Source of the DNA: a virus
IMG/VR virus record: IMGVR_UViG_3300047318_000369
Coordinates: 26,553 to 90,552 of that record
DNA length: 64,000 nucleotides
Reading direction: 5' to 3' (one strand)
Positions 37,884-47,284 of the stretch are shown piece after piece. Within the stretch, counting starts at the first letter, position 1. The number at the start of each line of letters is the position of its first letter. The notes below the pieces were generated by a model. It was not told the DNA's origin and ran no database searches. It saw only the letters and a program-made list of their open reading frames with translations. The translations under genes were made by a program, and so were the position numbers.

Positions 37884-38297
37884 TCAGTGCGGCAGAACCT
37901 CGTCCAAGTACTCCTGCACAGGACCGAACAAGCCGTAAGGCACGTAGGTGCTGATCCTCCCCAGTTCCACCCACTCCACCGCGTCCAACTCGTCCGCGTC
38001 GGCAACTCGCGCCTCGCCCTCGACGACCTCACACGCCGTGTAGAACATCTCCCGGCCCGACTTCGGATGCGAAGCCAGATAGCCGATCTGCCGAATCGCC
38101 TTCACCGTGAGGCCGGTCTCCTCGGCGGTCTCGCGCACCGCCGCGTCAGCCGCCCCCTCGCCGGCCTCGATCGCGCCCGCAGGGAACTGCCAACTGAGTT
38201 CACCCTCCTTCACGCGGCGACGCACCATCAAGACGCGCCCTTCGCTGACGATGATGGCCGCAGAGATGCCCGGCTTCTCGGTGATGGTCTCGGTCAT
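37884..38297 (-). CDS. Nudix hydrolase
   Basis: Nudix box GAIEAGEGAADAAVRETAEETG. Confidence 0.93.
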   Translation of the reverse strand: MTETITEKPGISAAIIVSEGRVLMVRRRVKEGELSWQFPAGAIEAGEGAADAAVRETAEETGLTVKAIRQIGYLASHPKSGREMFYTACEVVEGEARVADADELDAVEWVELGRISTYVPYGLFGPVQEYLDEVLPH

Positions 38298-38938
38298 GCG
38301 ATGGCCTCCAGGGCGCTCAGGATCGGCGGGAAAATCTGGTCTTGCGGAATGAAGCGGGTCAGTGCGGAACGGGGAACCCAGGTCACGTCGACGTTTTCCA
38401 ACTCATCCCGGTTGGATGCCTCTCCGGCCAGGAAATCGCAGAGGTGATAAACGGCGACCACGCCTGTCACGGGGTGAATGCGTTCGCCGAGTTCTTCGCG
38501 AACGGTGCAGTGCACGCCGGTTTCCCCGTGCGTCTCCTGAACGGCGATCATCTCCGCGGCGGCGCCTGGCTTGACCATGCCGGCGGGGAACTGCCAGCGC
38601 AGCTCACCGTCTCCGCGCCGACAGACGAGAAGCACGTCATCCCCGCGGGTCACCACGGCGATGGCGACGCGCAACGACTGCGCCTGCGTCTGGCCGCGGT
38701 CGGCCGGTGGCCGTATCAGGAGGCTGAACCGTCGTTGCACCGCCTCACCTGCCCCTTCGTATGCGATGTCGAGGATCTGCTGAACCTCGGTTCGATGGAT
38801 CATTTCGGGGCTGGCGTGCCACCGGGTGATCGTGCGCGGCGAGATCCCGAGGCGTTCCGCGAACGCCTCGTTCGTCAACCGCATGGCCTCCTGGAGGAGG
38901 CACGCTTTGCGGCCGGTCCATGTGCCGACAACATCCAC
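38294..38938 (-). CDS. HTH-Nudix fusion protein
   Basis: N-terminal HTH (LTNEAFAERLGISPRTITRW) plus variant Nudix box GMVKPGAAAEMIAVQETHGETG. Confidence 0.85.
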   Translation of the reverse strand: MDVVGTWTGRKACLLQEAMRLTNEAFAERLGISPRTITRWHASPEMIHRTEVQQILDIAYEGAGEAVQRRFSLLIRPPADRGQTQAQSLRVAIAVVTRGDDVLLVCRRGDGELRWQFPAGMVKPGAAAEMIAVQETHGETGVHCTVREELGERIHPVTGVVAVYHLCDFLAGEASNRDELENVDVTWVPRSALTRFIPQDQIFPPILSALEAIA

Positions 38939-39010
38939 AATGGGGCTCCCGTGCTCGTTGCGCTCGGGTCTGGCGAGGCGGCGACTAGGCCATGTCGCCG
39001 CGGTGTCTAC

Positions 39011-39355
39011 CTACGGCTGTTCTGGCGTTCCGGTGTCGGGGGAGTGTCCTTCTGCCGCGCGCGCGTGGGGCGTTGACTCGGCGGCATGGTCAGTTTTCCC
39101 CCGCCTCGAACTCCGCCCCTTGGCGATGGCTTCCGCCCAGCCGTAGCTACGACCGAACAGGTCACCCACCTCCGCCCACGTGCGTCCTGGGCGCAGCCCT
39201 TGTACGGCGGCCTGCTCAATCGCATAGAGGGCCTGGTCGCTTGTCGCCAGTTGCTGGCGCGCTTCGATGGCGGCCAGGCCCTGCGTGAGCGGATCGTCTA
39301 TGGCTGCTACTTCGGCGACTTTCGCCTCCAGGGACTCCGTGAACGCATCTGTCAT
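39011..39355 (-). CDS. Small HTH regulator
   Basis: LRPGRTWAEVGDLFGRSYGWAEAIA; divergent from the 39.5-kb operon. Confidence 0.6.
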   Translation of the reverse strand: MTDAFTESLEAKVAEVAAIDDPLTQGLAAIEARQQLATSDQALYAIEQAAVQGLRPGRTWAEVGDLFGRSYGWAEAIAKGRSSRRGKTDHAAESTPHARAAEGHSPDTGTPEQP

Positions 39356-39397
39356 GTGCCCAGAGTAGAAGCGAACGCGCCACTTCTCAATAGGGTG

Positions 39398-39430
39398 TTG
39401 ACAGACCCTCAGGGGTGCGCTCAGTATGGT
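39398..39430 (+). promoter_or_regulatory. Housekeeping-sigma-type promoter for transfer-like operon
   Basis: TTGACA at 39398; CAGTAT/TATGGT at 39422-39430. Confidence 0.5.
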
Positions 39431-39573
39431 GTTGAAGCAACCGAGGGACTCCACCCCGAGGGACCTTCACCCGCCGACTCCACCGGCACCCACAACCAAA
39501 AAAAGAGGCCCCGACGCAGCGACTCCACCGCTGGCCAGGGCCTCACCACCAGGAATCTCTGAAGGGTCCCCTG

Positions 39574-39957
39574 ATGGCTACGAAGAACTCTACCGGTGCG
39601 CCCGAGCGCTCCGTGATCAGCCCCACCGCTCCGCTCCCGACCCCGGCCGTCGCCGCCCTGGCCCGCCTGGAGTTGCGCCTCGCCTTCCCGAAGCCGGTTG
39701 TCGATGCGGTGACCCGCTACGAGTCGGCCGCCCTGCACGCTGCCGAGCTGGCGGCGAAGGCTGCAACCGGCAACGGTCTGCCCGCGCTGGATGTCCGTTC
39801 GTGGGAGTTCGCCGAGGAGCTGATGGCCGGCTCCCGCGCTACCCTCGCCGACGCCGGTCTGCTGCACCTCGTCGCCTCCGACGACCACGCCAAAGCGAAC
39901 GAGCCGCGCCTCCCGCAGCGTCCCCGCGGCCCGCACCCGCAGACGGCAGGTGCGTGA
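39574..39957 (+). CDS. Hypothetical protein
   Basis: GAAGGG RBS; first gene of operon. Confidence 0.6.
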   Translation: MATKNSTGAPERSVISPTAPLPTPAVAALARLELRLAFPKPVVDAVTRYESAALHAAELAAKAATGNGLPALDVRSWEFAEELMAGSRATLADAGLLHLVASDDHAKANEPRLPQRPRGPHPQTAGA

Positions 39958-40157
39958 TGGGCTGCTTCAGCAAGAAGGACATCGCCGCCGCGGCCACGCT
40001 TCAGGCCGATGCCCGCGGTCGCATCACCGACATCGCCGATCGAACCGAGTCCGCCACTACGGCGGCTGAGCACACGCAGCTCGGTCGCGAGCGGGCCAGC
40101 GCGTTCGGTGACCTGAAGTCTGCGACGTTCATTCTCACCGAGGACGGTGCGTCGTGA
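39957..40157 (+). CDS. Hypothetical protein
   Basis: Coupled ORF. Confidence 0.5.
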   Translation: MGCFSKKDIAAAATLQADARGRITDIADRTESATTAAEHTQLGRERASAFGDLKSATFILTEDGAS

Positions 40158-40327
40158 CCGGCCGCAAGGTTCTCGCCACCTCGCCGGCCTCCCACCCGCG
40201 CGGCTCCTGGCCCGCGGAGGAGCAGGCGAAGCAGTTCCGCGACCAGGGCGTCCCGGCGACCGTCGTGCAGGACATCCGTACCGACCGCTTCCTGGTCGTC
40301 GTCCCGGACGGCGGTGACCAGTCGTGA
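40154..40327 (+). CDS. Hypothetical protein
   Basis: Coupled at both ends; not in supplied track (57 aa). Confidence 0.5.
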   Translation: MTGRKVLATSPASHPRGSWPAEEQAKQFRDQGVPATVVQDIRTDRFLVVVPDGGDQS

Positions 40328-40518
40328 CCGCCGACCTGGCCCGTCTGACGGCGGCGCAGGCGAAGGCCGACGAGGTGATCGGCGCGGTCGCCGAGCCTCT
40401 CGACGGCGGCCCGCTGCTGCGGATCGCGGTCACCGACGCTGCGACCGGGCAACGCCTGGCCACCGGCTTCGTCGCCTACAAGGTTGGCGCCCCGCAGTTG
40501 ACGGTGGTGGCGCCGTGA
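40324..40518 (+). CDS. Hypothetical protein
   Basis: Coupled ORF. Confidence 0.5.
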   Translation: MTADLARLTAAQAKADEVIGAVAEPLDGGPLLRIAVTDAATGQRLATGFVAYKVGAPQLTVVAP

Positions 40519-40884
40519 CTGCCGACCCGTCGCCGGAGGAGGAGTTGGCGGCCAGCGTGGACGAGATCTTCCTCGGCTGGTGGCCCGACGAATTGATGGA
40601 CATCGTCCGTGCCCCGTACACGGGTGGCGCCCTCGCCGCTTATGCACACATCGACGGCGGCAAGTACCTGCCGCCGGACGACGGAGGCGAGTCCGGTGAC
40701 TGACTCAGAGCGCGCCGAGCTCTCCCGGAAGGTCGCCAAGACCAACCACGAGTCCGAGGTCCGGCCGAAGTCCTGACCCCCGAGCCGCCGCGCTGGCGGG
40801 GATGACCACCCCCGCGGCCCCCGTCAGCGCGGCTTTCCACCCCGCCCCACCCCCACGTTCTCTGCGACCCGAAAGGTCCCCCTC

Positions 40885-41106
40885 ATGTCCCCGTACATCC
40901 TTTCCGACGCCGATCTGGGCGCCTCCGAGCTCGGCCGTAAGCGCCGCGCCTCGATGCCTGTCGACGCGCAGATCGTCGCCTCCTATCTGGCGGCCCGGTC
41001 CGACGGCGACCGCGAGCACATGCGGCTCCTGCGCCGGAATGCCGCCTCCCTCGACCCGGCCCTCGTCGACGAGCTCGACGGCATCGACTTTCCGGCAGCT
41101 GCCTGA
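40885..41106 (+). CDS. Hypothetical protein
   Basis: GAAAGG RBS. Confidence 0.6.
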   Translation: MSPYILSDADLGASELGRKRRASMPVDAQIVASYLAARSDGDREHMRLLRRNAASLDPALVDELDGIDFPAAA

Positions 41107-41324
41107 TGGCCGCCGTGACACCGGAGCTGCTGGCCGAGGCCCGCACCCACGTCATCTACTTCCAGTCCGCGTCGGTGACGAGCCTGCAGCGGCGTCTCCG
41201 AGTCGGCTACCAGACGGCCTGCCGGCTGCTGGATCTGCTGGAGGCGGACGGTGTGGTCGGCCCGGCCCAGGGTGACCTGTCGCGCGAGGTGCTCGTCGCG
41301 GCCGACCCGGGGAGCTACCTGTGA
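41106..41324 (+). CDS. Stand-alone FtsK gamma-domain protein
   Basis: EAR..VI....ASVTSLQRRLRVGYQTACRLLDLLEADGVVGPAQG..SREVL matches the FtsK-gamma wHTH consensus. Confidence 0.88.
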   Translation: MAAVTPELLAEARTHVIYFQSASVTSLQRRLRVGYQTACRLLDLLEADGVVGPAQGDLSREVLVAADPGSYL

Positions 41325-41483
41325 TGTTCGGCCGCAAGCGCGACGACGCGCCCCCGCCACGGAAGCCCGACCCCGCCACGGTCGCCCGCGCCAAGCGTGA
41401 AGCGGACGCCCTGCGCAAGACGGCCCGGAAGCTGCCGAAGATCGACCCCGCCGACGCCAAGTACTGGTGAGCGGCCCCTGATC

Positions 41484-41564
41484 GCCGGGCGCGGGCCTCC
41501 CCCGTCCCGTATCCGGCTCGCCTCTCTCCCGTCGTCTCAATCCCCTACGGCGGCGGGAGAGAGG
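41484..41564 (+). ncRNA. Double hairpin with C-rich loops (6C-like)
   Basis: GCCGGGCGCGGG-CCTCCCCCGT-CCCGTATCCGGC and CCTCTCTCCCGTCG..ATCCCCT..CGGCGGGAGAGAGG. Confidence 0.35.
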
Positions 41565-41654
41565 CACCCCAGCCCCGGCCCGGCCGAACACGGGCCACGC
41601 ATCAACCGCAGGCCGGGGCGCGCACCGCACCAACCGACTACGAGAGGGATCCGC

Positions 41655-41840
41655 ATGTTCCGCAAGGGCGACAAGGTCACCGTCACCACCGGCGACGCGA
41701 AGGGCAAGACCGGCACGGTCGTCGACGACGGCTCCAAGTCCGGCGGTGAACTCGCCGTCAAGGGCATCGACGGGCGCGTCAAGGAGGCCGTCCTCGGCTA
41801 CCGCGGCTACACCGCCGACGAGCTCAAGCCCGGCAACTGA
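41655..41840 (+). CDS. Small KOW/SH3-like protein
   Basis: FRKGDKVTVTTGDAKGKTGTVV. Confidence 0.65.
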   Translation: MFRKGDKVTVTTGDAKGKTGTVVDDGSKSGGELAVKGIDGRVKEAVLGYRGYTADELKPGN

Positions 41841-41869
41841 CCGACCCCCAACCCCGAGAGGAGCCCCCC

Positions 41870-42382
41870 GTGCAGGTCAACGCCTACGCCATCGGCCCGG
41901 CCCGACGCCCAGTCCTGGACCGGGTGTGCGCCATTGCCGACCAGGCCGCCGCGCTCGTCGAGAGCGAGATGGGTGTGCGCCTGCTCGGGGTGGAACTCCT
42001 CGTCACCGGCACCTACTTCACCCGCCTCCTCGCCGGTGACGACGACGGCCTGTACGGCTGCACCTTGTACGGCCTCGACCGGGTCCTCGCCGTCGTCAAC
42101 GCCCAAGCCCACCTCTACGACGCGTCCGAGGTCGACAAGACCGTCATTCACGAACTCGTGCACGCCGCGCAGATGCTGCGACCGGGTGTGCGGCGGGTCG
42201 AAAAGTTCCGCACCGAAGAAGCCTTGTCCCGGCTCCCGGCCGCCGAGCTGGAGCAGTACGACGCGCAGTGGGAAGACGGCGAAGCCCAGGCCTGCGAACT
42301 GGAGCGCCTCGCCGCCCACCTCAACCCCGCCGCCGGACCCGTTCGTGTGGCCCGGCGCGCACCCATCCACACCATCGCCTGA
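41870..42382 (+). CDS. Putative zinc metallopeptidase
   Basis: TVIHELVHAAQ (HExxH) and a downstream EDGEA. Confidence 0.65.
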   Translation: MQVNAYAIGPARRPVLDRVCAIADQAAALVESEMGVRLLGVELLVTGTYFTRLLAGDDDGLYGCTLYGLDRVLAVVNAQAHLYDASEVDKTVIHELVHAAQMLRPGVRRVEKFRTEEALSRLPAAELEQYDAQWEDGEAQACELERLAAHLNPAAGPVRVARRAPIHTIA

Positions 42383-42399
42383 CCCCGAGAGGAGTCCGC

Positions 42400-42696
42400 A
42401 TGCGCCCGTACCTGATCACCGCGAAGCCCGGTCGGCTGCATCTCGCTGCCCGGTTCGCGGGCCGGTGGGCGCTGCGGGCCCTCGCCCTGGCCGTCATGTG
42501 CGCGCTCGGGGCGGTCGTGTTCGCGGTCCGCTGCATGCGTCCGGTCATCAACTACGCCGCCACCCGTATGGCGTGGCTGGAGCTGTGGGCCGCGTCGGTG
42601 ACCGGGATCGGCCCGCTCGGGGCCGCACTCGGCTCCGGACTCACCGACGAGTTCATCCGCGAATTCCACAAGGCGCGCACCAGCGCGCCCGCCTGA
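42400..42696 (+). CDS. Membrane protein
   Basis: GAGGAG RBS; hydrophobic segment. Confidence 0.6.
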   Translation: MRPYLITAKPGRLHLAARFAGRWALRALALAVMCALGAVVFAVRCMRPVINYAATRMAWLELWAASVTGIGPLGAALGSGLTDEFIREFHKARTSAPA

Positions 42697-42708
42697 GAGG
42701 AGCCCTAC

Positions 42709-42882
42709 ATGGGCCTGTTCAACCGCAACGTGCCGCAGAACCCGATCCGGCACGACGAGCACATCCGCCGCATCGAGGCGATCCGGGAGGTCAACCCCGA
42801 CGCCGACGCAACGATCGTCGCCACCTGCCTGGAGGTCTCGAAGAGCGAGGCCAAGGCCTACCTGAAGGAAATCGGCGGCTGA
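42709..42882 (+). CDS. Small HTH-like protein
   Basis: GAGGAG RBS; 57 aa, not in supplied track. Confidence 0.5.
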   Translation: MGLFNRNVPQNPIRHDEHIRRIEAIREVNPDADATIVATCLEVSKSEAKAYLKEIGG

Positions 42883-42920
42883 GCAGCCCCCGACCCCACC
42901 CACCCGAGAGGAGCACTCGC

Positions 42921-43385
42921 ATGAAGAAGTACAGCGTGACCTGGCCGACCCGACCCGAGGGCGTCTACACCCAGTTGGTGTACCTGGTGTACGCCGACGG
43001 CCCGACCGACGCGGTCCGGGTTGCCGCCGGACTGGACTGGCCGACCACCGACGGCTACTCAATGGCCTTCGACTACGAGCCCGAGGTGTGGCAACTGCGG
43101 TGGCCGTTCCGGCTCCGCTCGCATCACGTGGCGGGCCCGGACTTCGGCAGCACCGCCGCCAACGCCGTGGCGTTCGTGCCGGAGCCGCTCGACCTCGCAG
43201 CGCTCGCCGCCGAGGTCGTGTCCGTGATCCGCGTTTGCGACGCCCGCGGCAGCAGCAAGGACGAGGTCCGTGCCGCAGTCGGCCAGATCGTCGGCAACTT
43301 GCTCCCCGAGCAGGCCGAGCACGTCCTGGTCATCGTCGCCGCCGAGACCAAGGAGATCAACGCATACACGGGCGGGTGGGCCTGA
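42921..43385 (+). CDS. Hypothetical protein
   Basis: GAGGAG RBS. Confidence 0.6.
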   Translation: MKKYSVTWPTRPEGVYTQLVYLVYADGPTDAVRVAAGLDWPTTDGYSMAFDYEPEVWQLRWPFRLRSHHVAGPDFGSTAANAVAFVPEPLDLAALAAEVVSVIRVCDARGSSKDEVRAAVGQIVGNLLPEQAEHVLVIVAAETKEINAYTGGWA

Positions 43386-43514
43386 TGCCGATCACGTTGG
43401 GCGGCAAGAACACACCGCACTACACCCGCAGTTCGACCGGCCGCCGCACCACGTCGTGGAACCTCCCCGGCGGCTTCGGCTGGCGCAAGACGACCCGGCG
43501 GGGGAGGGGCTGAC

Positions 43515-43718
43515 ATGTGCCTGAACCGTCTCGTCCTGGTTGCGATCGGCGTCGCATCCGCCCTGGTCGCCTCCGTCACCTTGACCGCCGTCAGCACGCT
43601 CGGCGCCCCCACCGTCGTCACGGTCGCCGCAGCTGTCGCCGTGTTCTACGCGACCGCCTACAGCGCGGCCAACGCCACCGCAACCTTCATCGCCTACCGC
43701 GCCGCCCCGCGCGGCTGA
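43515..43718 (+). CDS. Small membrane protein
   Basis: GGGGAGGGG RBS; two TM segments. Confidence 0.6.
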   Translation: MCLNRLVLVAIGVASALVASVTLTAVSTLGAPTVVTVAAAVAVFYATAYSAANATATFIAYRAAPRG

Positions 43719-43736
43719 ATCCGAAAGGACACCATC

Positions 43737-45038
43737 GTGACCACCTCCGTCGAGAAGAAGGTCAACGGCTCGCCGCTGGCCTCGCCCGAGCCGCGGTTCG
43801 ACCCGCGCGCGCTGGCCGAGGCGGAGGCGATCCGCACCCGGGCCGCCGCCGAAGCCGACGCGCTACGCATCAAGGCCGAGGGCGAGGCGAAGGCTGCCGA
43901 GATCCTCGCCGCCGAGCAGGCCGAGAAAGAACGACTCACCAACGAACGAGCCCGCCTGGCCCAGGAGAGGAAGCAGGCCGATCACGACGCCTACCTCGCC
44001 AAGAAGGCCGCTGAGACGGCCCGGTCCGAAGCTGATCGGGAGAAGGCAGACGCGGCCGAGGCTGAGGCGGAAGCTCTGGATGCGCGGATCGCCAAGGAGC
44101 AGAAGCGTTCGGAGCGCTGGTGGAAGTGGGGCGCCCGCGGCATCTATGCCGTCGGCTTGGTGATCGCAGCACCGGTGCAGTTCATGCACTTCTGGGACCC
44201 GCACCGCAAGTTCCTCATCGCTGCCCCGGCACTGCTCGAAGGCTTCGCCCTCGTCCTCGCGTTCGGCGCCGCATGGGCGGTTGCCCACCGGCGCGACGTT
44301 CGCCCCTACCGCGTCGGCATCATGGTTGGCGCCGTGATCGCCGCAGCCGTCAACCTGTACGGCGGCATGACCGACCCGGCGATCGGCCTCAACGCCGGCA
44401 TCATCGGCGCGATCGCCTCCCTCGGTGGACCGATCGTGCTGATGACCTACGAGCACGGCATCGCGCAGAAGGTCGACGGGATCCCATCCGGCCGTGAGCG
44501 CCGGGCTGCCGAGCGCGCCAAGGCCCAGGCGGACGCCGCCCGCGAGAAGGCGCGCGCCGAGAAGCAGGCTGCCGATACGAAAGCGGCAGCCGAGAGGGTG
44601 GCCCGCGAGAAGGCCGCCGAGGAGGAGCAGACCCGCAAGGACGCCGACCGCGAGGCGACGCACGGCGACGTGTGGCAGGTCGCTGACGCGATCCGTTCCG
44701 CGCGCGGTTCCAGGTTCGTCACGGACCAGATCTGGGCCGAGTCCTGGTTCCTCGTTACCGGCTGCAAGACGGTCGGAATCCGTCCCGAAATCGAAGCTCA
44801 GTCGCGCGCCGCACAGGCCCACATGCGGACCGTCACTGAAGCGCCCGTTTTCGGCGAGTTCTCGCTGATCGAATCCCAAAAGGGTCCCCGCTCCAAGCGT
44901 GACCCGAACGCCCCCGACGGGCGCCGCAACAACGGCGGCACTCCGCCCGTCCGACGGGCCGGCGACAGCCAGCCGCCCAGCCCTATCGCCCGCACTCAGG
45001 CACGCCTTGAGCAGAGCACCCAGAAGGACCCGTCATGA
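43737..45038 (+). CDS. Coiled-coil multi-TM protein (Spd-like spread protein candidate)
   Basis: Coiled coils flanking four TM helices; coupled to the FtsK/TraB gene. Confidence 0.65.
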   Translation: MTTSVEKKVNGSPLASPEPRFDPRALAEAEAIRTRAAAEADALRIKAEGEAKAAEILAAEQAEKERLTNERARLAQERKQADHDAYLAKKAAETARSEADREKADAAEAEAEALDARIAKEQKRSERWWKWGARGIYAVGLVIAAPVQFMHFWDPHRKFLIAAPALLEGFALVLAFGAAWAVAHRRDVRPYRVGIMVGAVIAAAVNLYGGMTDPAIGLNAGIIGAIASLGGPIVLMTYEHGIAQKVDGIPSGRERRAAERAKAQADAAREKARAEKQAADTKAAAERVAREKAAEEEQTRKDADREATHGDVWQVADAIRSARGSRFVTDQIWAESWFLVTGCKTVGIRPEIEAQSRAAQAHMRTVTEAPVFGEFSLIESQKGPRSKRDPNAPDGRRNNGGTPPVRRAGDSQPPSPIARTQARLEQSTQKDPS

Positions 45039-47134
45039 GCCTCGAGATGAACCCGGAACTCCCGCCCGGCTGGGACCTGACGAAGGTGATCCCGGGCGAG
45101 CTCGAAGTCCCCGACGACCTGTCCGGGGAACTCGACGACGACATCGCGCCTGGCGTCCTCCTGCCCTACGAGCCCGCCTACCCGATGCTGCGGAAGACCG
45201 GGTCGGCGGCCATGGTCGTCGCCAAGACCACCGGGCGGGCGGTCGGTCTTTCGGTGCGCGGCAGCTGGACGGCGGCTCGCTGGTTCGGCGCCGGCGCCGG
45301 CGCCGTCTCCTTCCTCGGCTGGAGGTACCTGCGCTCCCACGACTATCAGGAGGCGATCGGCGGCGTCACCTCGTCGACCGACTGGCGCCGCAACACCGAG
45401 ATCCGCCACCGGCGTTGGAAGTTCCTCGGCTGGGGCGCCGCCGCACTCGCCGCACTCAACCTCGCCGGCTGGTGGGCGCTCGTCGCCGAAGCGGGCATGA
45501 CCGCCGCGGACTCGTGGTGGATCACGCCAGGCGTGCTCGCCCTGTCCGTGGCCTCCGCCGTCACCTGGTACGGGCACTACCGGCTCAACAACACCGGCCT
45601 TGCGCCCGAGCAGATCGTCGCCGAGCAGGACGACCCGACCAGCGACGAGCCGTTCCCGCTCGCGGTTGCGCAGTCGCCGGACAAGGTCGAGCAGTGCGTC
45701 ACCCGGGCGCTCGCCTGGGAGGGCATCGACACCCGCGCGGTGCGCGTGCTCGGCTACCGTGGCTGGGGCTGGGAGATCGACGTCGTCCTCAAGGGGGCGG
45801 CGCCGGAGCAGGTCAACGCCGTAATGAGCAAGCTGGACTCCCACTTCGGCATCGGCAAGGGGCAGACCCTGTGCGAGCCGGACCCGGAGGACAACTCCCA
45901 CCTCACGCTGCGTCTCGTGCAGTCGGATCCGTTCGCCGACATGCCCCGGCCGTCGGTGCACTCGCCGAACAGCCTGTCGGTGAAGGATGCGGTGGTGTAC
46001 GGCCGCTGCATGGACGGCACCTTGCTGGAGATGCGCCTGCGCGGAATGTTCATGATGGTCATCGGTTCGTCCGGGTCGGCGAAGACGAAGGGGGCGCTGC
46101 GCTGCCTCGCCGAGGTCATCACCGCATGCCGGGACGCCATCGCCATCGAGATGGACCCGGTCAAGGACGGAATCCGCGAGTTCTCCGAGGTCATGGCGCT
46201 GCCGCCGATCCGTGGACCGAAGGAGTGCACGGAGAAGCTGCGCTGGCTGCGCGACATCGCCTCGGCCCGCAATCAGGTCAAGTCGGCCAAGGAGATGGGC
46301 GACCTGTGGGAGCCCACCCCCGAAGAGCCCGCCATCTTCGGCCTGATCGACGAGTTCATCTTCCTACCCAAGGAAGCCAAGGAACTCGCCATCGAGATCC
46401 TCCGCATCGGCCGCGAGACCGGCGTCTACCTCCTCTTCGCCGCCCAGGAAGCCACACAAGACTCCCTCGGTGACGCCATCGCCAGCGCCGTCACCTACCG
46501 GGTGATGCTCGCCGCGCGCAGCGAGGACATCCCCCTTGTCCTGGGTAAGGGGGCCTCCGCGGCGGGATACCGTCCCGACCGGCTGCGTCCGGCCGTCGAC
46601 GACGAGCGGGTCTACGACGCCGGCAAGTTCTACATCGCTGGCCCTGGCTTCGACCGGCCCGTGCTGTGGCGGTGGAGCCGGTTCGAGCGTGACCAGATTC
46701 GGCAGGCCGTCAAGGACCGCAAGGACGCCGGACGTCCCTGGTTCGACCACGCCAGCCTCGCCGCCGCCAACCTGCTGCACGTGATCCGCCGCGATGGTGC
46801 GGCGGGCGAAGCGTCCCTGGCCGACCGCCTCGTCGCTCTCGACGAGCAGGGCGGTGTGGAGGATGCGGCGACGGTCGCCGTTCTGCTGCGGGCGTTCGGC
46901 GCGAAGACGTTCCTGCCGACGACCGAGGAACTGCTCCCCGCGCTCGGCGAGGCGGGCGTGCAGATGGACGCCAACGGCCTCTCTCAGCTGCTTCGGAAGC
47001 ACGCCCCGTCGGTGACGGCGATCCGTCAGGAGTGGGATGGCCGGGCGCAGGTCCGCGGCTGGTCCCGAGAGTCTGTTGAGCAGGCCGCCGCAGGCCTGTT
47101 GGGCCCGACTATGGCCCGTCTACGGGCCGCCTAA
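45035..47134 (+). CDS. FtsK/SpoIIIE-family TraB-like conjugative DNA translocase
   Basis: N-terminal TMs; Walker A variant GSSGSAKT; Walker B IFGLIDE; RIGRETGV..AAQ; C-terminal wHTH-like region. Confidence 0.8.
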   Translation: MSLEMNPELPPGWDLTKVIPGELEVPDDLSGELDDDIAPGVLLPYEPAYPMLRKTGSAAMVVAKTTGRAVGLSVRGSWTAARWFGAGAGAVSFLGWRYLRSHDYQEAIGGVTSSTDWRRNTEIRHRRWKFLGWGAAALAALNLAGWWALVAEAGMTAADSWWITPGVLALSVASAVTWYGHYRLNNTGLAPEQIVAEQDDPTSDEPFPLAVAQSPDKVEQCVTRALAWEGIDTRAVRVLGYRGWGWEIDVVLKGAAPEQVNAVMSKLDSHFGIGKGQTLCEPDPEDNSHLTLRLVQSDPFADMPRPSVHSPNSLSVKDAVVYGRCMDGTLLEMRLRGMFMMVIGSSGSAKTKGALRCLAEVITACRDAIAIEMDPVKDGIREFSEVMALPPIRGPKECTEKLRWLRDIASARNQVKSAKEMGDLWEPTPEEPAIFGLIDEFIFLPKEAKELAIEILRIGRETGVYLLFAAQEATQDSLGDAIASAVTYRVMLAARSEDIPLVLGKGASAAGYRPDRLRPAVDDERVYDAGKFYIAGPGFDRPVLWRWSRFERDQIRQAVKDRKDAGRPWFDHASLAAANLLHVIRRDGAAGEASLADRLVALDEQGGVEDAATVAVLLRAFGAKTFLPTTEELLPALGEAGVQMDANGLSQLLRKHAPSVTAIRQEWDGRAQVRGWSRESVEQAAAGLLGPTMARLRAA

Positions 47135-47242
47135 CCCCCGTCTTCACCCCGCCTATGGCCCGACTGGGCGATCAAGAGGAACCGCAGGTAGCCGGGCCAT
47201 AGACGGGCCTTAGTCGGGCCAAAGACGGCCCATAGACACCCT
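47102..47242. repeat. clt-like array of 11-bp repeats (6 direct, then 5 inverted)
   Basis: GGCCCGWCTAT-type units at 47102, 47113, 47124, 47135, 47146, 47157; reverse-complement units at 47188, 47199, 47210, 47221, 47232. Confidence 0.7.
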
Positions 47243-47284
47243 ATTGATCCACATATGTGAAGTTCTTGAGAAGGAGTCCCGATC

